From Escherichia phage ukendt, in the sequence record NC_052661.1: a stretch of DNA of 64,000 nucleotides. One strand, given 5' to 3'. Positions within the stretch are counted from its first letter, which is position 1; each line of letters opens with the position of its first letter. Below, in pieces: positions 46,345-55,201 of this stretch. The notes beneath the pieces were generated by a model. The model saw nothing but the letters and a program-made list of their open reading frames with translations, was not told the DNA's origin and did no database searches. Position numbers and translations under genes: made by a program.

Positions 46345-49017
46345 ATGTTTCCAATTCCAATATTTACTATTATGACCAGCACTGGTGTCGTTCCTCTGCC
46401 AGCGGGTATTGTTAAAAAAGTAATCACTTTAGATTACCCAGACAATGCTGGTAATTCTAACAGCAGTTTAGCAATTTTGCTTAACGATGGTAGATTGTTT
46501 ACTCAAGGTGCAAACCTTTTTGGTGAGATTGCAGATGGAACTCGTAGTGCACGATTCAATAATTTCCACTTAGCTTCTACTGTAGTAGCGGATGTGTTTA
46601 CCGCAGATCGTTGTTTTGTTATTAAAACTAATAGTGGGGGATGGCAATATTCAGGATTGACAGCAGGGTTGGTAGGATCTATAGCAGCAGGTGGTGCGGA
46701 TGCATGTGTAACTACTTGGACCAGCTTTCCATCTGTAATAACGGGGACTATCTCTTTAGCCAATCTTAAAGAGGTTAAGGGAGGATATAACAACACTCTC
46801 TGGTTAATGAATAGTGGTGTTCTTTATGGATCGGGTCAAAACACAGTAGGCAGTTTAGGTGCAAGTACTACTAACGAAGTTTCTACTCCTCGTCAAATAA
46901 CGAGTGCAGCAGTTGCTTTTGATGCAGGTTACAACCAATGCTCTTATGTCAACAATGTGGGAACCTTGCGTGTTTGTGGAGCCAGCAAAGGTTTAGCAGG
47001 TAATAATAACACAACAAAAGCTTTTGTAAATGCTACGATATCCACTACTGAAACAGTGTATGTCAAAGATTACATCAATACCGTTTCCCAGACAATAGTT
47101 GTAGGAGATACCTCCGGTGGAACTGGTACAACAAACTACCTTTATGTTAGATCTAATACAGAAACAACCTACACTAAGCTGGATACCTTTGCAGCAGGTT
47201 TCTCAACATGGAAGTTTCCACCGAGCCGTCACTCTTTTTTCGTTGGGATTAATAATTCCTTGTGGGCTATCGGTAAGAACTATACGGCAAACTTAGGTCT
47301 GGGGTATGATTCTGCGAGCGGAGATCCACTCCAAGTGGGAAAACCAGTTAAACCTGAAGGAGTGGGTTCCTGGGATATAAACAAGCTCACAAGCGTTCAT
47401 ACGCTGAATATGGATGTTACTAACCAATTAGGTTATCAAGGAACATTTTTCGTTTATAATGGAAGTATGTATTATTCCGGTATTTGGAAAGATGGGAAAG
47501 CGTCATATCTGTTCAATAGCGGTCTAAACTATAATAAATTCACACCAATAGCAAGCTCCGTGATTACGGGTGATGTGCTGGCAACTAGCTTAACTACAGA
47601 TTCTTTAGGAATTTGTATTGTAGGTGGAACTAAACAGTTGACACATTCTGTTAGCCCAGAAGGAGGTAAACTTTTCAATATTAAATACACTTCTTCTGCC
47701 CCTGCAAACATGACAATATCATCTACTGGCTTAATGACTTTCCAAGCAGAAGGTGGTTTTGATGCAGGTATGACAGCCTTAAACGCTGAAGGAACAACTC
47801 TATCAGATATCTCTGGAGGATATGCTTCAACATTGAGCGTTTACACCCCTAGCTTATCTGCGATGGATGTAGGAACAACACAAACAATGGTAGCAGAAAT
47901 AACGCCAACAGGAGCAGCAAGCTTACCTGGTATGGTTGTTGAGTATACAACTACAGATCCTAGTGTTGCTACAGTAGATCCTACAACTGGCGTAATAACT
48001 GGAGTTGGTGATGGTGGTTGTAGAATTGGTTGCACAGCTACGTATCAAGGTGTTGTTACCGCTTCTGATAGTTCTTATTTAACGGTGAACGCTGTTGCGG
48101 GAAAGGAGTTAGCTCCATCTCCGAGTAGTAGTTTAACGGTTCTAAACGGATATTTCAACCACTCGGCAGATGGGGCGATTACGTTCCCAACTTTATCGGG
48201 TACTGTTACACCAGCTAACTTTGTAGTTAAGGTGGATGACGTTGTAGTTCCTTCAAGTAAAGTAATATTTAGAAATAAAGCTTTCTCTACAGTGGATAGT
48301 TATCCAGCAGGAGAATATAGACTGGCTATTGAATTTGCAAGTGCTTCTGTAGTTAATAATGTTGAGGTATCTATGGAAGCAAATCCAGATCTTTTAGAAT
48401 TGTGGGGCGGCAACAGGATTGGTTATTCTACAAGCCCAGCCTCACAGTTCTTAAAAGGTTGTGCTAACTTAAGACGAATAACCTCTGATTGTTTTAGTAA
48501 CACATCTTACACCGGAACGTCTATAAGTGGTATTTTCTCTGGCTGCACAAGTTTGACAGCTATCCCTGAAGGATTATTCAGCGATACTTTATTTCCTTCG
48601 ATGACAACAATGTCAAGCACGTTTGAAGGTTGTACGTCTTTAACATCTATTCCTTCTGATTTATTTAAAAATTTATCAAAAGTTACAAGATACTCTTACA
48701 CCTTTAAAAATTGCACCTCTCTTGCAGAAGTTCCAGCCGGAATGTTTGACAATATTCCAACGAAAGTAACCTCTTTAACAGCTACGTTCCAAGGTTGTTT
48801 AGCACTTACAGATTTTAATAAAATCTTTAATGACAACCCAGGGTTAACGGTTTGTGGTCAACGTGGAGCATTGTCTTCTTTCTTTAGTGGATGCACAAAT
48901 CTTACAGGAACAGGAGTAACATTAACAAGCACATTAGGTGGAGCAGCTAATAGTTACCTATTCAGGTATTGCACAAAACTTTCTGATTATAACAACATTC
49001 CTTCGGGTTATAAATAA
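46345..49017 (+). CDS. multidomain adhesin-like tail protein (RCC1-like repeats, Ig-like segment, BspA-type leucine-rich repeats)
   Basis: 890 aa; N-terminal repeated G-x-N-x-x-G-x-L-G units; central TTTDPSVATVDPTTGVITGVGDGG segment; C-terminal repeats of F.GCTSLT.IP..LF. Confidence 0.5.
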   Translation: MFPIPIFTIMTSTGVVPLPAGIVKKVITLDYPDNAGNSNSSLAILLNDGRLFTQGANLFGEIADGTRSARFNNFHLASTVVADVFTADRCFVIKTNSGGWQYSGLTAGLVGSIAAGGADACVTTWTSFPSVITGTISLANLKEVKGGYNNTLWLMNSGVLYGSGQNTVGSLGASTTNEVSTPRQITSAAVAFDAGYNQCSYVNNVGTLRVCGASKGLAGNNNTTKAFVNATISTTETVYVKDYINTVSQTIVVGDTSGGTGTTNYLYVRSNTETTYTKLDTFAAGFSTWKFPPSRHSFFVGINNSLWAIGKNYTANLGLGYDSASGDPLQVGKPVKPEGVGSWDINKLTSVHTLNMDVTNQLGYQGTFFVYNGSMYYSGIWKDGKASYLFNSGLNYNKFTPIASSVITGDVLATSLTTDSLGICIVGGTKQLTHSVSPEGGKLFNIKYTSSAPANMTISSTGLMTFQAEGGFDAGMTALNAEGTTLSDISGGYASTLSVYTPSLSAMDVGTTQTMVAEITPTGAASLPGMVVEYTTTDPSVATVDPTTGVITGVGDGGCRIGCTATYQGVVTASDSSYLTVNAVAGKELAPSPSSSLTVLNGYFNHSADGAITFPTLSGTVTPANFVVKVDDVVVPSSKVIFRNKAFSTVDSYPAGEYRLAIEFASASVVNNVEVSMEANPDLLELWGGNRIGYSTSPASQFLKGCANLRRITSDCFSNTSYTGTSISGIFSGCTSLTAIPEGLFSDTLFPSMTTMSSTFEGCTSLTSIPSDLFKNLSKVTRYSYTFKNCTSLAEVPAGMFDNIPTKVTSLTATFQGCLALTDFNKIFNDNPGLTVCGQRGALSSFFSGCTNLTGTGVTLTSTLGGAANSYLFRYCTKLSDYNNIPSGYK

Positions 49018-49020
49018 GAA

Positions 49021-49048
49021 AAGGAGCCATTTGGCTCCTTTCTTTTAT
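49021..49048. terminator. bidirectional terminator between the convergent structural and replication modules
   Basis: AAGGAGCC-ATTT-GGCTCCTT hairpin flanked by an A-run upstream and T-run downstream. Confidence 0.7.
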
Positions 49049-49073
49049 AAAAACTCTTTATAAATCAATAAGA

Positions 49074-49955
49074 TCAGAACGGAATATCATCGTCGAAGTC
49101 CATTGGAGGTTCTTCTTGATTACTTGGTTCTGGTTGTGGTTCAGGTTTCTTCTCTTCTTTCTTCTCTTCTTTCTTAGGTTGTTCTGCGGAACCACGGATG
49201 GCAGCAGCAACTTTATCAGACAGAGCCAGAACTTTACGAGCAGAGTCAATCAGATCTTCTACAGATACAGTCTTAATGGTATGGTCTTTACAAGCATTGA
49301 GAATAGCGTGACCAACAGATGCCCCAAGATCATAATCATTAATATCAACACCACGAGATTCAGCAACTTCCGATTTCAGCGTGACAGTTGCAGATTGAAC
49401 AACCCCAGCGATATCGAAAGCATCGCCTTTAACACCATTACGAATCAGTTCCAGTGCACCATTTACTGCGTGACCAGTTTCCAGACCTACAGTATCACGT
49501 TTTTTATAGGATTGCTTAGGAGCAGCATCGTTGGAACCCTTATTGCCAGAAGATTTGTTAGACTTCTGAACACCATCGGTAGACAATACTGTAATACGAG
49601 ATTTTTTAGTATTGTAGTAAGTTTTACCGCCTTTATTATCAACGCGATCAATATCAATACTTACTTCTACACCTTTTTCAATAGTGATCCAATTATCACC
49701 TTCTTTGACTTGCAGGTTTTCATAACCTTCTTTCAGTTCAATGTCACCAAGAGAAATCCAAACACCTTTCTCATCTGGTTTAGCACCTTTCTCTTTCAGA
49801 ACAAGAGAGGCTCGGTGAGTTGAAACAATCGTTTTTCCTTCCCAATGAAAAGTTTTAGGTTCAGCGAATTTATCCAGTTTAACGTAGTCTACGATACCAG
49901 TTGCATAAGTTACGGTTTTGCCTTTACGATCAGTTTCAGTATTAATTACGGACAT
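49074..49955 (-). CDS. ssb: single-stranded DNA-binding protein
   Basis: Gly/Pro/Glu-rich linker and C-terminus DFDDDIPF, identical in form to the acidic tail of bacterial SSB. Confidence 0.8.
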   Translation of the reverse strand: MSVINTETDRKGKTVTYATGIVDYVKLDKFAEPKTFHWEGKTIVSTHRASLVLKEKGAKPDEKGVWISLGDIELKEGYENLQVKEGDNWITIEKGVEVSIDIDRVDNKGGKTYYNTKKSRITVLSTDGVQKSNKSSGNKGSNDAAPKQSYKKRDTVGLETGHAVNGALELIRNGVKGDAFDIAGVVQSATVTLKSEVAESRGVDINDYDLGASVGHAILNACKDHTIKTVSVEDLIDSARKVLALSDKVAAAIRGSAEQPKKEEKKEEKKPEPQPEPSNQEEPPMDFDDDIPF

Positions 49956-49971
49956 TATTATCTCCTCTACA

Positions 49972-50364
49972 TTACATTAATTTTGCACAGAAAGAGCGGA
50001 GTCTTTCCATATCATCTTGCTCTAACAGGTATTTACCTTTACCTATTCCAACTCCAATTTCACCATTAGGAAAATGAACTATTTGCACTGGGAAACCTCC
50101 GAGTTTAATTGTGGCAGCTTTGCCTTCTTCGTCTATAACGTTTCGGATTGTATCTTGCAGTGAAATGAATTCTTTGTTTGTAACAGTGGTTTCAATTATT
50201 TCAGATGTTTCAACACGAGCGGTTAGCTTCTTGTCGCCACCTTGAATAACCAAAATTTGAAAATAAAAAGAGTTGTCAAGACCTACAACATTTTTCTCAA
50301 CTAGTGTTAAACTGGTATAATTTCCATAAACAGTTTCAACAGCTATCTTAGAACGTTCAGTCAT
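49972..50364 (-). CDS. hypothetical replication-module protein
   Basis: 130-aa ORF between SSB and the nucleotidyltransferase gene. Confidence 0.35.
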   Translation of the reverse strand: MTERSKIAVETVYGNYTSLTLVEKNVVGLDNSFYFQILVIQGGDKKLTARVETSEIIETTVTNKEFISLQDTIRNVIDEEGKAATIKLGGFPVQIVHFPNGEIGVGIGKGKYLLEQDDMERLRSFCAKLM

Positions 50365-50409
50365 TGAATGCTATCCTATCATAAAATGTTTAATATTGTC
50401 AAGCTTTAA

Positions 50410-51003
50410 TTACCAAGGAATATCATCTTCTTCCAATCTGGTATCTATTTGAGGTGGACGTGGAACCTTAACCTCTTTCACAAAACGAAGATATGGGAAA
50501 CGTGTAGCAATTTTAATAACATGTTTGGCATCTTCTCTAACATCTTTGTGCAAGAAGCAGATCCCTGTTTCCAAAGTTGTTTCAAAATCTTTAGAGTAAT
50601 AACAATCCTTTCCATCAAATGCAGCCTGGCAGATAGACAGATCAAACTCATTTAGAAAGGTTGTCATTACGCTTGGTTCCATAATCATAAGGTTGCAAAG
50701 CTGACCATCACGTTCAAACTCAAAAACGTGTTTAAGACCAGTAACACCCTCATAATTGTCAGAAGCCTCTTTGTTTCCTAGTTTACGAACATTAGTTCCC
50801 ATCAAAGCAGATGCAATCAATTCTTGTATTTGCTCTTCTGATCGATGTGCAGGAAGGGATGTGTAGAAATCCAGATCACGTCCAGCAATATCAAGAATAC
50901 GCCAATCACGAACAGCACCGCCAGCCAAGACAGAATTAGGATCAGCGATCTTTAATACGGTAAGAATCTCTTTGGCAATATTGATTTGTTTTGATTTAGT
51001 CAT
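50410..51003 (-). CDS. minimal nucleotidyltransferase (CCA-adding-enzyme head-like) with SSB-like acidic C-terminal tail
   Basis: LAGGAVRDWRILDIAGRDLDFY matches the GGxVRD...DxD signature of CCA-adding/poly(A) polymerase head domains; 197 aa; ends EEDDIPW. Confidence 0.55.
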   Translation of the reverse strand: MTKSKQINIAKEILTVLKIADPNSVLAGGAVRDWRILDIAGRDLDFYTSLPAHRSEEQIQELIASALMGTNVRKLGNKEASDNYEGVTGLKHVFEFERDGQLCNLMIMEPSVMTTFLNEFDLSICQAAFDGKDCYYSKDFETTLETGICFLHKDVREDAKHVIKIATRFPYLRFVKEVKVPRPPQIDTRLEEDDIPW

Positions 51004-51214
51004 TGATACGCTCCACAGTTACTTTTACAACATCGTCCATATTAATCTCATCCCCCAAGACCTCAATAACACCTTCCTCATAAAGTCGAGCACATTCTTC
51101 CCACACTTCAGCTTCCGTCATTCCACCTGCAATCTTATTTGCAAGACCTTTAATAACATCTTCATTTTGTTCATCAACAAGAATTGAAACATTAAAGCTC
51201 ACTAATTTACGCAT
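50996..51214 (-). CDS. hypothetical small acidic protein
   Basis: 72-aa ORF; start overlaps upstream gene. Confidence 0.3.
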   Translation of the reverse strand: MRKLVSFNVSILVDEQNEDVIKGLANKIAGGMTEAEVWEECARLYEEGVIEVLGDEINMDDVVKVTVERIND

Positions 51215-51385
51215 TGTTTTCTCCTTATACTTCTAAACGGAAAGTTTCTTTAGATACAAAATCGTATCCACCTTTTTCAAGCCAGTCATTGTAAACATCA
51301 TCGGCTTGAGACTCTATCATAAAATACCGAGTGGTAACTTCGTCTCCCACAATACGCACAATTTTATAGCAAATCATGATACCAT
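51212..51385 (-). CDS. possible 57-aa ORF missing from the track
   Basis: ATG at 51385..51383 preceded by GGAGGA; MGNGIMICYK...; below the 60-aa track cutoff. Confidence 0.25.
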
Positions 51386-51391
51386 TTCCCA

Positions 51392-51583
51392 TTAATCTTC
51401 CTCCAGATCAATTTCATTGTAACAATGTATGCAGAAACCATCATTGTGCATATGTTGTTCATAAGACATATCTTTACCACAAGACCAACAACGGATATCA
51501 CCATCGTCCCATTCACGTTCTTCTTCGCCTTCAAATTCATCTGGTAGGTAAGGCATACCAAGACAATCTAAATCGTAATGCAT
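51392..51583 (-). CDS. small acidic Cys/His-rich (zinc-binding-like) protein
   Basis: 63 aa with CWSCG...CIHC pattern; AGGAG RBS; directly downstream of the polymerase gene. Confidence 0.35.
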   Translation of the reverse strand: MHYDLDCLGMPYLPDEFEGEEEREWDDGDIRCWSCGKDMSYEQHMHNDGFCIHCYNEIDLEED

Positions 51584-51631
51584 ATCTCCTCCTATAAAGG
51601 GGCAGAAGCCCCTTATAAAACAATGAGTTAA

Positions 51632-54600
51632 CTAGTGACAGGACGCCCAGGAGTTACCCACATCATATCCGGCAGTAAGCTGAACATTAAGATTGTAAAA
51701 TTCTCCAGCCTTAGTAACAGCTAAAGCAGCAAGTTCACCTGCCCGACTATAGGCTGTAAACCATCCACCTTTGGGAGATTCATGAATGTTAGCCCAAATT
51801 TGCCCTGTCTCTTTTTCCTTATTATGCTTCCATTCTTCAACTTTAGCAAGGCATTCTTTATCAATTTTCTTTTGTTCTTCAGGATCGTCTACTTTCTTCC
51901 AACCTAATGATTCAGGTGAAAACCATTTAAATTCTACAAGGTTACGAGAAACTTCAAGCTGGGCTTCATCGTGATATGCAATCATTTGTTGCACGAAGTC
52001 TTTATTCTTCCAGTCATCTTTAAAGAAGTCAACACTTAGCCCTTCTTCTTCGATCATGTCGTCATAAATAACCATTGCACGTTTAGCACAGATAACCCCA
52101 CCACTTTGGAACAGAGAGTTAAGAATCGCGTGAGCAGAACGAGTAGGAACCTTACGACCGTCAATACCCAAAACATACTGTTTACCAGTCTTAACCCAGA
52201 AATCGTTTAAACGTTCTTTAAGACGCGCCAGTGGGAATGCAGCTTCCCAGAAAGCATCGAACACCAGTTGCCCTGTGTATTTATCGCTACCAATTGTTTT
52301 AGCAACCTTGTCTGCTTGAGCGCCGTACGTGCAGTTACCTGTCAACGTGATAAAACCATTCTGACGCATAACAAAAGATTCATTCTTGGTTGAGATACAG
52401 AATACATCTGTTACTCGTGAAAAAGCTTTTGTCAACCTCTGTCCTGAAATAGTTTGTCCGTTATTGATTGCCAACGTTAACATGCCATCTTTTTGAACAG
52501 AACCATACGCAATATTACCTGTCATATTGATAGCCAAAGAAACAGCGTCGCTAATCTTACCTTTCTTTTGACGGATAACAAGACTGCCGTTTGGACGCTT
52601 ATGACCATCTGCCATCCAGAATGCCTCTAAGAATGCTTCCAACACAGCTTGACCTTGATTAGCAATTAATGTAGACCAGTCCACTTCGTGCTTATTTTGA
52701 CCCACTTCAACGCCACATTTAGTCAAAAATTCCCTAAACTGACTCTTATTAGGACGTAATGAATGCATCGTTCCAGATACATACTCGTCAAATGTGAAGA
52801 TATCTCCCACAGCCTCACGTGCTTCTTCTAAGAATTTTTTCTCATCTTGATCTACCGTGACTGTAATACCCATTACTTTATTTCTGGCTTTGCCAGACCA
52901 CTTATAGTAGCCATCCGAAAGAAGCCAGCCTAAGAAACGACCTTCTTCCACTGTTAGAGTAGACACCACACCAGATCGCCCTGCTGCAATTATGTTTGAC
53001 TCCGAGTTTAAATCCTCTGTAGATCTACGCTCCACTTGCATATACTTAACATTGTTACCATCTGATCGCATAGTTTTTCTCTGTGCGTTAATCCACATAT
53101 GATCGTTAGTAACTTCTACTTTGAACCACTTGTTACCGAGAGAGACAACTTCTGCATCGTTATAGTCCCACAGCTTAAGAATAGGGGTATATTCGTAAAG
53201 AGCGGTGTGAGTATTATAAGATAAAACTTCATCCCCTACAAAAAGATCTTTACGTTTCTTCCAACCCGTTCTTGTTAACACTTCCGTATTATCTACAGGT
53301 ACACAACCGTATTTAACGCTCTTAGCAGGACCACGTTCAAACTTACGTCCAATAATATCAGTAATATGTTTTGCCATCATAGTATGCACATCGTTTGGTT
53401 TTTCTAACAGAAGTGCATTACAGTAAGCATGATCAGGATTATCATATCTCCACGTATAATGCGACTCAATCTTCGCCTCTAATGAATCAAAGTCATAACC
53501 AATCTGGAAGTATTTAGGAACCTCTACACCAAACAGGTTACGCATTTGCCATCCAAACAAAGAGGTAACACGAGGAATATTGGCTACAGACCTATGCTTC
53601 ATACGAGAGGTTGCTGCATCGCATGTAGCCGCTGGCGTAGGTATACGTCCATCTGCACGAACTGCTGCCAAGAAACCTTTGTTGTATTCTTGATCTTCTT
53701 CGTCTTCTTCCCAATCAGCACCACCGCCTAAAATAGAGTTCCTACGATGCTTATACGTTAAGTATTCTACAATCTGCGTAGCATAAGGAAACTTCTCACC
53801 CAAAGCTTGCAGGTTAGGACAAATTTCTTTTTCCTGACCTTTGGTAAAACATGGGTTAGTCAATACTTTAAGACCGCGACCTTTACCTTTTGCTATACGC
53901 TCTTGAATCTTCCTTTCCAAGGTTTCGGGTGTGCACTCCAGATGATCACAACGATCCTGACAAAAATTAGAAGATAGAGTTTGCTCAACGTAAGCTCGAA
54001 TACCTTTCTGAAGTTCTTCCTCACTCTTTTTAATTTTGGTGCCAGATTTAAGCGTCAAGTCTTTATCTTTGTATTCAGACGGTACCCAACCTAATCCTAC
54101 AAGCCAGTTTTTAATATGGGTTGTATCGTTCAATGTTGCAGGGATGTTAGGATCACATAGAGGCTCATCTGCTGCAACTGGCAGTTTCCACTCTTTCCCC
54201 AACATAACTAACCACCAATCTCCATCCCTCTCTTCCAAATGACCATCATGTTTCTTAGCAAAATTGATCATATGGTTAGTTGGCTCTAAGTTCTTTTTAA
54301 TTTGCAACTTAGGTGGAATAAAAGCCTTAAGATAACCTTTTGTTGCTGGTTTAGGTGGCAAAATAGGCTCAACGAGTAAACGAAGACGCTCCATTTCTGC
54401 ATCCAAAAAAGCAAGGTTCTCTTCTGCTTGCTTCATGTTAAAAGCAAACCCACGGTGTTCCTGGCGTGTAATAATGTCTGCTACACGTTGTTCAAGTTCA
54501 AATGGACCTTCCCATTTATCATAATCACCCCACTCTTCCATAAGGTAATTATATACGCTCGTATTGGCTTTGTTGTCATAGATACAGTAATAAAGCATAT

Positions 54601-55201
54601 CAGCAGCAAAAGTCTTAAATCGATCTTCTTCTGGAATCTCTTTACGGAAATCTATTTTTACATCACCTCCTGCCTTTCGAGAAAGTGCTGCCAAGCTATG
54701 TCCTGATTTGCCCTCAATCTTTCGATCTGGGTTTAACACTTTACTCAAAATCAAGGAGTCAATAAGTTTTACCTTATTTTTGCCCCACGTATTATATTTA
54801 ACACTGTAATCTAAGCCATAAAACAGTTTTGTAGCCAACCAGTCATAGTTGATACCGTTGTGAGCCACAGCCATTTCAACCAGATATTCAGGCTTATCTT
54901 TAAAATAACCTTCATGATTAATAAAGTCTGGGAAATCTTTTAGTTGAAAATGTGTGTAATCTTGCGCCACATACTCTTTAAGAACATATGTGTATTTGCC
55001 ATCTGACTCTTCATAAGGACGCCCATCAAAGATGTATTTAGGGCCATCGTGGAAAGCTACTATTTCTCCTGTTTCATGGTTCTCTAAGACAATACAGTGC
55101 ATTTGAAATGTGTCTTTGAGACGATAAGGACTAGCTAAATAATCGATAGTGTCATTATTCAACAAGCCGTTTGCTTCAATATCCCATGTAAACTTACTCA
55201 C
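51632..55201 (-). CDS. family A DNA polymerase with 3'-5' exonuclease domain, interrupted by an intein
   Basis: N-terminal DIEANGL exonuclease motif; motif B reconstituted as RGPAKSVKYG-CTYGAQADKV after removing residues 633-956; motif C YHDE; GTG start overlaps the stop of the upstream methyltransferase. Confidence 0.85.
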   Translation of the reverse strand: MSKFTWDIEANGLLNNDTIDYLASPYRLKDTFQMHCIVLENHETGEIVAFHDGPKYIFDGRPYEESDGKYTYVLKEYVAQDYTHFQLKDFPDFINHEGYFKDKPEYLVEMAVAHNGINYDWLATKLFYGLDYSVKYNTWGKNKVKLIDSLILSKVLNPDRKIEGKSGHSLAALSRKAGGDVKIDFRKEIPEEDRFKTFAADMLYYCIYDNKANTSVYNYLMEEWGDYDKWEGPFELEQRVADIITRQEHRGFAFNMKQAEENLAFLDAEMERLRLLVEPILPPKPATKGYLKAFIPPKLQIKKNLEPTNHMINFAKKHDGHLEERDGDWWLVMLGKEWKLPVAADEPLCDPNIPATLNDTTHIKNWLVGLGWVPSEYKDKDLTLKSGTKIKKSEEELQKGIRAYVEQTLSSNFCQDRCDHLECTPETLERKIQERIAKGKGRGLKVLTNPCFTKGQEKEICPNLQALGEKFPYATQIVEYLTYKHRRNSILGGGADWEEDEEDQEYNKGFLAAVRADGRIPTPAATCDAATSRMKHRSVANIPRVTSLFGWQMRNLFGVEVPKYFQIGYDFDSLEAKIESHYTWRYDNPDHAYCNALLLEKPNDVHTMMAKHITDIIGRKFERGPAKSVKYGCVPVDNTEVLTRTGWKKRKDLFVGDEVLSYNTHTALYEYTPILKLWDYNDAEVVSLGNKWFKVEVTNDHMWINAQRKTMRSDGNNVKYMQVERRSTEDLNSESNIIAAGRSGVVSTLTVEEGRFLGWLLSDGYYKWSGKARNKVMGITVTVDQDEKKFLEEAREAVGDIFTFDEYVSGTMHSLRPNKSQFREFLTKCGVEVGQNKHEVDWSTLIANQGQAVLEAFLEAFWMADGHKRPNGSLVIRQKKGKISDAVSLAINMTGNIAYGSVQKDGMLTLAINNGQTISGQRLTKAFSRVTDVFCISTKNESFVMRQNGFITLTGNCTYGAQADKVAKTIGSDKYTGQLVFDAFWEAAFPLARLKERLNDFWVKTGKQYVLGIDGRKVPTRSAHAILNSLFQSGGVICAKRAMVIYDDMIEEEGLSVDFFKDDWKNKDFVQQMIAYHDEAQLEVSRNLVEFKWFSPESLGWKKVDDPEEQKKIDKECLAKVEEWKHNKEKETGQIWANIHESPKGGWFTAYSRAGELAALAVTKAGEFYNLNVQLTAGYDVGNSWASCH
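52334..53305 (-). mobile_element. intein (324 aa) with LAGLIDADG homing-endonuclease domain, inserted in polymerase motif B
   Basis: Starts CVPVDNTEVLTRTGW, T-x-x-H block (VTNDH), two LAGLIDADG-like motifs (LGWLLSDGY, LEAFWMADGH), ends FITLTGN followed by Cys. Confidence 0.8.

Noticed and set aside
49116-49823. 235-aa plus-strand track ORF
   Set aside because: Antisense to the SSB gene, which has unmistakable hallmarks; product is Phe/Leu-rich and repetitive.
51632-55201. Group I/II intron or two separate polymerase genes as explanation for the oversized polymerase ORF
   Set aside because: The ORF is continuous with no stop or frame change, and the insert has intein termini and LAGLIDADG motifs; an intron would interrupt the reading frame at the RNA level.
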